Shown: positions 48,430-56,141 of the stretch, in pieces
How the letters are laid out: every line of letters starts with the position of its first letter
How positions within the stretch are numbered: the first letter of the stretch is position 1
Source: Clostridiales bacterium
GTDB taxonomy: Bacteria; Bacillota; Clostridia; Saccharofermentanales; Saccharofermentanaceae
Assembly (NCBI GenBank): GCA_017513085.1
Contig: JAFWDK010000027.1
Span: forward strand, 64,001-128,000
Length of the DNA: 64,000 nucleotides
Reading direction: 5' to 3'
Program-made: the position numbers and the translations under genes
The notes under the pieces: model-generated
The model's database searches: none
What the model was told of the DNA's origin: nothing
The model's input: the letters and a program-made list of their open reading frames with translations, nothing else

Positions 48430-48743
48430 GCGCTCACCCCTCCCACAATCTTATTTACACTGGCCGTAAAAGAATTCCAGTCTTCCAGTAATTCTTCCAG
48501 TTTCTTCTGACCCATAACAGTCAGACTATAGTATTTCCGCGGCGGACCGCTCTGCGATTCCTGAAGATAGGATGCTACCAGACCATCGCTGGCAAGCTTA
48601 CGAAGAAGCGGATAGACCGTGCCGTCAGAAATCATGATGGTCTCCGACAAAGTGCTGGCCAACTCATAACCATACCGGTCATTATCTTTCAACATGGCCA
48701 GAACACAAAGATCGAGAACGCCCTTCTTAAATTGAACATTCAT
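48426..48743 (-). CDS. PadR-family transcriptional regulator
   Basis: QFKKGVLDLCVL, YGYEL, GTVYPLL, GPPRKYY. Confidence 0.92.
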   Translation of the reverse strand: MNVQFKKGVLDLCVLAMLKDNDRYGYELASTLSETIMISDGTVYPLLRKLASDGLVASYLQESQSGPPRKYYSLTVMGQKKLEELLEDWNSFTASVNKIVGGVSA

Positions 48744-48791
48744 GTGCACTCCTCCTTTTGTATTCTGATTTCGTTTCGATTACCTTTCATA

Positions 48792-48853
48792 GAATGTTCA
48801 GTATTGAACATTCAACACTAGTGATTATAAAACGGTACCGAACAATGTGTCAA
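48792..48853 (-). promoter_or_regulatory. padR promoter and palindromic operator
   Basis: TTGACA-18 bp-TATAAT (48853-48824); GAATGTTCA-GTAT-TGAACATTC at 48792-48813. Confidence 0.7.
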
Positions 48854-48892
48854 TGCTTTTTCGAAATCATTCGTGAAATTTTAATACAATGG

Positions 48893-49669
48893 TTAAATAA
48901 TCGTGGAAAAGCAGACCCAATTGTTCTCTTCATCCAGAATGATCGCTTCTGTCGTCAAATCATCGATATTGTTGGAACAACGCAGGATAAACACTTTTGC
49001 ATTCGGGTGCTCGTCAATATTTTCCGGGAAGGAGATCTTCAACTGGATCGGGTACGATTCCTCGATCTCTGTGCCGACAAAACCCGCAATCTCCGCCTTG
49101 ATCTTCGCATCCAGATCCGCTGCGGTCGCTTCTTCCACACTCATGGCGCTTAACACGGATTTACTTTTCGCCAGTTTTGCAAAAGGACTCATGTCTTTTT
49201 CGTCGCAGGAGAATTCCAGCATGACGTAGCTGCTGCTTCTGAAATCTTCCGAACAAAAATCCAGCCTATAGTCTGTTGTGCTTTCCGGAATGGCATTCGG
49301 GAAAAACTGCGGAACATATCGTTCACGCGTCAGATACGCTAATTGCTTCGTGTAATTCTTCTTCGCAGTGGAAGAAAACGGGATGGAAAAAGAACTGACA
49401 AACAGCGTCAGCGAGAGAAGGATCAGCGAAACAAGATACATTGTTTTCATGTTTGATCCTGTGCGGACGCGGATCAATGCGATCAAGGAAATGATAAAAC
49501 CAAGAGCGCTCAAGACCATAGCTATGGTAAAGCTCGGAACCATGTATTTCCATGTTTTCAGAGAAAACCAGACAGTGGAAAACAGAAGCACAGCACTAAC
49601 GACAGATCCGACGACGCGTATCTTTCTAATCTCTTTCGGGACTCGTGTTTTTCCTTCGTTTTCGCTCAT
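48893..49669 (-). CDS. hypothetical membrane protein (3 TM + soluble domain)
   Basis: 258-aa ORF with N-terminal hydrophobic helices. Confidence 0.65.
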   Translation of the reverse strand: MSENEGKTRVPKEIRKIRVVGSVVSAVLLFSTVWFSLKTWKYMVPSFTIAMVLSALGFIISLIALIRVRTGSNMKTMYLVSLILLSLTLFVSSFSIPFSSTAKKNYTKQLAYLTRERYVPQFFPNAIPESTTDYRLDFCSEDFRSSSYVMLEFSCDEKDMSPFAKLAKSKSVLSAMSVEEATAADLDAKIKAEIAGFVGTEIEESYPIQLKISFPENIDEHPNAKVFILRCSNNIDDLTTEAIILDEENNWVCFSTII

Positions 49670-49774
49670 CTTAACCCCAATTCTTCATAACCATAACACC
49701 CTAACTATATTGTATTCGGTACAAAAAAAATTTAAACGGAAAAAATCGAGGAAAAACAAGGATAAATACTAGTT

Positions 49775-50662
49775 TTAAAGCATATCAACCAGTTTTCGCA
49801 GACGGTGATTCATGCCGGATTTACTGATAGGCGGGTTCATGAGTTTCCCGAGTTCTTCCAGCGACAGACCCGGATTATCGATATGGAGCCGAGCCACATC
49901 CAGCAGTTCTTTTGGAATACGGCCGGCCTTATCCGAAGCCAGAAGTGCCTGCAGCTGCTTCGTTCTGCGCGCGCTGGCATCTGCCTGCTGCTTCATGGTC
50001 CAGTTATCGAGATTAACTGTACTTGCCACCATCCGGTTGACTTCTCTTTGGGCACGGACATTCTGCAATTCCATCATTTGGCGGACTGCTCCCAAGATTA
50101 CCAGAAAATCGCTGATCGCATCTGTCTTCTTGAAATAGATCGCCCAGGTCGTATCGGAAACTCTCGTGGACGGTTCAATATTCTCCGCGTGAAAAAGAAG
50201 GATCAGCGGCTTTACGAAAGCGTCCGTGCGGCACAAGATCTCGATGCGGCTTTTCTTCTGCGGATCCGAATACGAGCCTCTCGCCAAAAAAGCACCTCGC
50301 AGGATCGCCCGGCGGACGCCTTCGTTTTCGGAGATATCTTCCACGATGGTATCCGGCGTCAAAAAAGGCTCGATAAACTCCAGAAACGAGTTCTTTTCGA
50401 ACGTAACAGCATAGAACGAGCCCCCACGGCGTCCGATCTTTTCTATCTCTTTTAAGGGGAATATCTTTCCGCTTTTTCTCGCATCTTCGCAAAGCCGTTG
50501 TGCCACGAGTTCTCTCGGGCAGCAGACTGTAATGTCATTTTCTTCGGAAAAACCGCTGCACAAGCAGATAGAAGCCATCTCCGCCGCCCATTCTTCACTA
50601 GTACTGTATTGATGCTTCAGTATTTCTTTCTTTATCTCAACGGAAGGCGTTTCCACGCTCAT
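49775..50662 (-). CDS. whiA: DNA-binding protein WhiA
   Basis: LRGAFLARGS.SDP LAGLIDADG-like motif; SLEELG..ISKSGMNHRLRKL HTH. Confidence 0.9.
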   Translation of the reverse strand: MSVETPSVEIKKEILKHQYSTSEEWAAEMASICLCSGFSEENDITVCCPRELVAQRLCEDARKSGKIFPLKEIEKIGRRGGSFYAVTFEKNSFLEFIEPFLTPDTIVEDISENEGVRRAILRGAFLARGSYSDPQKKSRIEILCRTDAFVKPLILLFHAENIEPSTRVSDTTWAIYFKKTDAISDFLVILGAVRQMMELQNVRAQREVNRMVASTVNLDNWTMKQQADASARRTKQLQALLASDKAGRIPKELLDVARLHIDNPGLSLEELGKLMNPPISKSGMNHRLRKLVDML

Positions 50663-51558
50663 GCTTTGTTGCCCTCTTGCCGCTGGTATCGCGGATCCTT
50701 ATCAATATCCCTGTGGTGAAGCGAGACGCGGTATCCTTCTTTTTTCAATCCCTCATAGAGACGTTCGGCCATATATACCGAACGGTGGCGGCCTCCGGTG
50801 CAGCCGACGCCGACAGACAGTCTTGCCTTGCCTTCGCGGATGTAGTACGGGATCGAGAATACCAGGAGATCCATCATCTTCGTATAGTACTCCTTCGTTT
50901 CACTGTATCCTTCCAGAAAATCGACGATCTCCTGATTTTTTCCCGAGAGCATCTTCAGTTCCGGAATATAAAACGGATTCGGTAAGAAACGCACATCACA
51001 GGTAATATCGCAATCTCCGGGGATACCATACTTGAAGCCGAAGGATTCCACGTGAATATCCATTGTGCTTAAGTCTTCCACATCGATGATATTCACCAAT
51101 TCTTCGCGCAGGCCATTGAGATCCATCATGGACGTATCGATAACATGGGTAGCTCTTGCACGGATCCCGCGCATCAGATCACGTTCTTTATCGATGGCTT
51201 CCACCAACGATAGACCGTCGGAAAGCGGATGTTTACGGCGTGTCTGACGATACCTGCTGACCAGCACGGCATCACTTGCTTCCAGGAATATGATACGGTA
51301 AGGACAGCCCAGATTCTTGATTTCCGTCATGGCCTTGCCGAATCCCTTCAAAAGGTCATTACTACGGATATCCACTACAAAAGCAAGCTTGTTGATTGCG
51401 TATCCTTCGCCGCCTTGTCCCTTTAAAAAAGTATGCACCAACTCCGGAAGTACGACCGGTGGAAGATTATCGATACAAAAATACCCCTGATCCTCCAAAA
51501 AATGCACTGCCTGGCTTTTTCCCGCGCCGGACATTCCCGTCAGAATAATAACGTCCAT
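50659..51558 (-). CDS. rapZ: RNase adapter RapZ/YvcJ
   Basis: TGMSGAGKS, DNLP, SFGFKYG, DVRFLPNP, GCTGGRHRSV. Confidence 0.93.
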   Translation of the reverse strand: MDVIILTGMSGAGKSQAVHFLEDQGYFCIDNLPPVVLPELVHTFLKGQGGEGYAINKLAFVVDIRSNDLLKGFGKAMTEIKNLGCPYRIIFLEASDAVLVSRYRQTRRKHPLSDGLSLVEAIDKERDLMRGIRARATHVIDTSMMDLNGLREELVNIIDVEDLSTMDIHVESFGFKYGIPGDCDITCDVRFLPNPFYIPELKMLSGKNQEIVDFLEGYSETKEYYTKMMDLLVFSIPYYIREGKARLSVGVGCTGGRHRSVYMAERLYEGLKKEGYRVSLHHRDIDKDPRYQRQEGNKA

Positions 51559-51585
51559 ATTACTCCTTCTTTCCAGAAACCGTTG

Positions 51586-52614
51586 TTATTTTGATCCCTT
51601 CGCCTCATTGCAGGAGGAATCGTCTTCGCCTGTTTGTGAATAACCTATTCCGATGAAGCGGACTTCCCGCTCCAAAGTAACACCGAATTTTTCTTCGACC
51701 ACTGCACGCACCTGCTTGGTCAGTTCATCGATATCGGCAGCAGTCGCACCGCCGATATTGATCACAAAGCCCGCATGCTTTTCGGAGACTTGCGCGCCAC
51801 CGACAGTAAATCCTTTAAGACCGGCCTGGTCGATCAATGTACCGGCATAATAACCTGTCGGACGCTTAAACATACTTCCCGCGCTCGGATAATTCAACGG
51901 CTGGGATTTCGTACGCTTCTCCGTATATTCTTTGATCTGTGCGGCGATCTTCTCTTTATCGCCCCGATGAAGTTTCAGTACCACCGTCAAAACGATACCG
52001 CCATCCTTCATAAAACAGCTGGAACGGTATCCGAAATCACATTCATCACGGTTGACTGTGTAGGTCTCGCCGTTTTTCGAAACACAAAGCACAGAATCCA
52101 CGATTTCTTTCATATCGTGCTCATACGCACCGGCATTCATATATACCGCGCCACCAAGAGAGCCGGGTATTCCGGATGCAAACTCAAGCCCGGTCAACGC
52201 CTGTCTCGTAGCCATAGATGAGACCTTCGCAAGAAGCGCGCCGGCATATGCATGCATATATACGACATCATCATCGTTCGGATCATTTTCCGTCCATATG
52301 CTCGAGAATCTCTCGCCCAGGCGAATCACCAAAGCGTCGATCCCCTGGTCTGAAATCACCAGATTCGATCCGTTTCCCAGAATAAAATACGGGATATGGA
52401 TCGCCTCGGCCACTTGAATAAGAACGATCACTTCACGAAGTTCGGAAGGTTCAATATAAAGACGTGCCGGACCTCCGACGCGGAACGAGGTGTGTCTGCT
52501 CATCATCTCATCCGTCTTCAATTGTTCTTCCAGGACCCAGAACCCCGCCTCGCATATTTCTTTGCGGAATTCCAGGATCTTCTGTTCATCCAATATCATT
52601 TGTGTTTCCTCCAA
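51586..52614 (-). CDS. murB: UDP-N-acetylmuramate dehydrogenase
   Basis: GNGSN, GIPGSLGGAVYMNAGA, FGYR, SAGSMFKRP, KHAGF, EV. Confidence 0.94.
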   Translation of the reverse strand: MEETQMILDEQKILEFRKEICEAGFWVLEEQLKTDEMMSRHTSFRVGGPARLYIEPSELREVIVLIQVAEAIHIPYFILGNGSNLVISDQGIDALVIRLGERFSSIWTENDPNDDDVVYMHAYAGALLAKVSSMATRQALTGLEFASGIPGSLGGAVYMNAGAYEHDMKEIVDSVLCVSKNGETYTVNRDECDFGYRSSCFMKDGGIVLTVVLKLHRGDKEKIAAQIKEYTEKRTKSQPLNYPSAGSMFKRPTGYYAGTLIDQAGLKGFTVGGAQVSEKHAGFVINIGGATAADIDELTKQVRAVVEEKFGVTLEREVRFIGIGYSQTGEDDSSCNEAKGSK

Positions 52615-52631
52615 GTCCGGTTTGAATCGTG

Positions 52632-53561
52632 TTAAGCATTCAAGCCTCCCGGGAATACACGGGTAACCAGATCTTTCGCTGCATTGTAGCCCATCTTCTT
52701 TACACGATAATTGATTGCCGCCGCCTCAACGATGATGGCAAGATTTCGACCAGGTCCGACAGGGATCGTGATCGAAGGAACTGCAATGCCGAGAATATCT
52801 GTCGTCTCATCTGTGATACCCAGACGGTCATAGGTTTTCTTCTCATCCCACAGCTCCAGATTAATAACGAAGTCGATGTTCTCCTGAAGTTTAACGGAAG
52901 AAACACCGTAGAGTTCTTTTACATCGAGGATACCGATACCGCGGATCTCGATCAGATGCCGGATCACTTCCGGCGCACGGCCAAGGAGCGTAGTCTCCGA
53001 AACTCTTCGTATCTCCACCTGATCGTCTGCGATCAGCCGGTGTCCACGTTTTACGATCTCCAACGCCGTTTCCGACTTACCTACACCGCTCTCGCCCAGG
53101 ATCAGAATACCTTCACCGTTTACCTCAACCAGTACACCATGCATAGAGATGCGCGGCGCCAGTTCCACATTCAGATATTTGACCAGCGAACTCATAAATT
53201 CACTCGTCGCCTGATGTGTGCGAAGCACCGGTATATCAGCTTCCTGCGCAACTTCAAGAAGCTCGTCGTGTGCCACGTGATTTCTGGTAAGGATCAGGCA
53301 AGGAATGTTCTTCGCAAAAAGCGCTGCAAGCCGTTCTCTTCTCTGTTCACTCGTCAGTTTGTCCAGAAAAGCATGCTCCATGTTACCGATCAACTGGATA
53401 CGGTCCGGACCGAAGTGATCGTAGTAACCTGCCAGTTGAAGTCCGGGTCTCGTTACGTCAGCAACGTGAATGCGGACCTGATTGATGTCTTTCGAAGCAT
53501 AGACCTCTTCCAAATCAAAAGTCTTGATGATTTCCGTTAGAAAAACGCTCGAATATGGCAT
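52632..53561 (-). CDS. hprK: HPr kinase/phosphorylase
   Basis: RPGLQLAG, GESGVGKSE, ADD, EIRGIGI, GRN. Confidence 0.95.
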   Translation of the reverse strand: MPYSSVFLTEIIKTFDLEEVYASKDINQVRIHVADVTRPGLQLAGYYDHFGPDRIQLIGNMEHAFLDKLTSEQRRERLAALFAKNIPCLILTRNHVAHDELLEVAQEADIPVLRTHQATSEFMSSLVKYLNVELAPRISMHGVLVEVNGEGILILGESGVGKSETALEIVKRGHRLIADDQVEIRRVSETTLLGRAPEVIRHLIEIRGIGILDVKELYGVSSVKLQENIDFVINLELWDEKKTYDRLGITDETTDILGIAVPSITIPVGPGRNLAIIVEAAAINYRVKKMGYNAAKDLVTRVFPGGLNA

Positions 53562-53769
53562 GACATGCTCCTCCGTCGAATAATAGCTTACATTTCATTT
53601 TATAACAAATCGGCTCAAATGAATATCTCTTCATCAAGACAATTCTATGTCCGTTGCTTTTTCCGGCATCTTTTCCGGATCACAAAGAAAACTCTCCGAA
53701 GGCGGTCCGTGTTTTCTAACAACCGTGCACGTCTTCGGAGAGATATTCTTCTAAACTAAATTACAGTGA

Positions 53770-55851
53770 TCACTCTTCCTCAGCAAGGAATGCCTTTCTC
53801 GCTTCGATGACCTTCGCCTGAACATCACCCGGAGCCTGCTCATAACGGGCATGCTCAATGGTATACCAGCCACGTCCCTGAGTCATAGACTTAAGATCAG
53901 TTGCATAAGTAGCCATCTCTGCTGTCGGAACTTCGCAGTTGATGACCGAACCGGTCTCATCACTGTCGATACCCATGATACGACCACGACGCTTGTTCAT
54001 GTCGCCCATGATATCACCCTGCTTATCTTCCGGGATGTGTACGGCCACGGTGCTGATCGGCTCAAGGAGAACCGGGTTGGCAGCCGCCATACCAGCCTTG
54101 AAAGCTAGGCTTGCAGCAATCTTAAATGCCATTTCCGAAGAGTCAACATCGTGATAAGAACCATCAACGAGTGTAGCTTTAAGGTTTACTACCGGGAATC
54201 CGGCAAGAGTACCCTTCTTCACTGCGTCCTGAAGACCTTTCTCAACTGCAGGGAAGAAATTCTTCGGTACCGCGCCACCGAAAACTTTCTCGTCAAATAC
54301 GAGCTCTTCGGAATCTGTCGGTTCGAATTCGATCCAGACGTCACCATACTGACCATGACCACCGGACTGTTTCTTATGCTTACCCTGAACCTTGACCTTC
54401 TTACGGATCGCTTCACGATACGGAACACGAGGTTCTTCCAGATCAGCATCCACGTTGAACTTGGTCTTCAGTTTACTCTTAAGAACGGAGATCTCCTGCT
54501 CACCAAGACCGGAGATGACCATCTGCTTGGTCTCTGCGTTATTGGTCACAACAAATACCGGATCCTCATCCTTCAGCTTATTCAAGCCGGCCATGATCTT
54601 ATCCTCTTCACCTCTCGCCTTCGGAACGATACCCATAGACAAACATGGTGTCGGGAAATTGATCTTTGTCAAAGTAACGATACGGGACTTATCGCAGAGT
54701 GTATCGTTGGTCTGTGTAAGCACAAGCTTTGCCACGGCACCGATATCACCTGCAACCACTTTATCTGTCGGGATCTGCTTCTTACCTACCATATAGAACA
54801 GACCGCCCAGACGCTCTTCCTTTTCTTTTACCGCGTTATAAACGGTAGAGTTCGCCTTCAGAACACCTGCATACACACGGAACAAAGAGATTCTTCCAAC
54901 AAACGGGTCAGCGATCGTCTTAAATACGAAAGCGGCCAACGGATCCTCTTCCTTACATACAACAGTCACCACATCCCCATCTGGCGTTACACCCTCTTGC
55001 GGTGGCTTAGTCGAAGCCGGCGGAGTATCCTTGGAAAGGCAGTTCATCAGGAATTCCACGCCCCAGTTCTTGTAAGCAGAACCACAATATACCGGGTGCA
55101 GAACGCCATCCGCAAATCCGGCATGAACGCCTCGACGGAATTCGTCTTCGGTGAACGGCTCACCTGCGAAATACTTCTCCATCAATTCTTCGTCGCTCTC
55201 AGCAACTACTTCGTTAACCTTATCCTGAAGTTCCGCTACTCGCGCTTCAAACTCTGCAGGAAGCGGAATCTCGGTCTGTGCGCCGGTCTTCTCGTCCAGT
55301 GTGAAAGCACGCTTATTCATAACGTCTACGATACCGGTCATCTTGTCGCCGCTCATGATCGGCAAAGAAAGCGGGATCACGCCACGGCCATAGCGGTTCA
55401 TCATACGGGAAACCACGCCCTCGAAATCCGCATTCGGTTCGTCCATTCTGTTTACAAAGAAGAGAAAAGGCACTTTTCTCTTATTGAGAAGTCTGATCGC
55501 CTTTTCAGAACCGACGGAAGTTCCGCCCTTGGCACTGATCAATACGATCGCACTGCCTGCTACACGAATACCGGCCATCGTCTCACCAAGAAAATCGAAA
55601 TCACCGGGGGTGTCGATGAGATTCATCTTCGTATTCTTCCACTCACATGCCGCAACGGACGTATTAAGTGAAATCTGTCGCTTCACTTCCTCCGGATCAA
55701 AATCCAGAGCCGTGTTTCCATCTACAGCGCGGCCGAGACGATCGATCGCCTTCGCACAGAAGAGCATCGCTTCTGCCAGTGCTGTCTTACCAGATCCGCC
55801 ATGTCCCAATAACGCAATGTTACGGATCTTGTCTGCCGAATAATTGGTCAT
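53770..55851 (-). CDS. fusA: elongation factor G paralog (EF-G II type), stand-alone
   Basis: full five-domain EF-G layout; G motifs GHGGSGKT / RQISL / DTPGD / NRMD; QSGGHGQY and HDVDSSEMAF in domain IV; not in the str operon. Confidence 0.9.
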   Translation of the reverse strand: MTNYSADKIRNIALLGHGGSGKTALAEAMLFCAKAIDRLGRAVDGNTALDFDPEEVKRQISLNTSVAACEWKNTKMNLIDTPGDFDFLGETMAGIRVAGSAIVLISAKGGTSVGSEKAIRLLNKRKVPFLFFVNRMDEPNADFEGVVSRMMNRYGRGVIPLSLPIMSGDKMTGIVDVMNKRAFTLDEKTGAQTEIPLPAEFEARVAELQDKVNEVVAESDEELMEKYFAGEPFTEDEFRRGVHAGFADGVLHPVYCGSAYKNWGVEFLMNCLSKDTPPASTKPPQEGVTPDGDVVTVVCKEEDPLAAFVFKTIADPFVGRISLFRVYAGVLKANSTVYNAVKEKEERLGGLFYMVGKKQIPTDKVVAGDIGAVAKLVLTQTNDTLCDKSRIVTLTKINFPTPCLSMGIVPKARGEEDKIMAGLNKLKDEDPVFVVTNNAETKQMVISGLGEQEISVLKSKLKTKFNVDADLEEPRVPYREAIRKKVKVQGKHKKQSGGHGQYGDVWIEFEPTDSEELVFDEKVFGGAVPKNFFPAVEKGLQDAVKKGTLAGFPVVNLKATLVDGSYHDVDSSEMAFKIAASLAFKAGMAAANPVLLEPISTVAVHIPEDKQGDIMGDMNKRRGRIMGIDSDETGSVINCEVPTAEMATYATDLKSMTQGRGWYTIEHARYEQAPGDVQAKVIEARKAFLAEEE

Positions 55852-56141
55852 GTATTCGTCCTCCTAATTCAAACTCTAATGTGACTATTATAACCGATAT
55901 TGTAAACAATATCCACAAAAACTTTCATTCATAGGAAAACTTTTTTGTGATACTTAACGGCAACTTGTCAAAAAGAACAAACACTTCATCTGCATTTCAA
56001 AAAAGTGGTGATTTTGGAGCACTCAAAGACAAACCAAGGCCGCCTCTTCCAAGCCTAAACCGGCAGAAGAGACGGCCCTGATTCTGAAACTACAAACCTT
56101 AGAGGTGTACCCGATGCACACTCTTGCGTTTTATCGGCGGA

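Noticed and set aside
54151-55671. 506-aa antisense ORF over the EF-G gene (likewise 192-1256, 11521-12654, 45482-46468, 52629-53540)
   Set aside because: These are mirror frames of strongly codon-biased genes, with no RBS, no recognisable motifs and atypical composition
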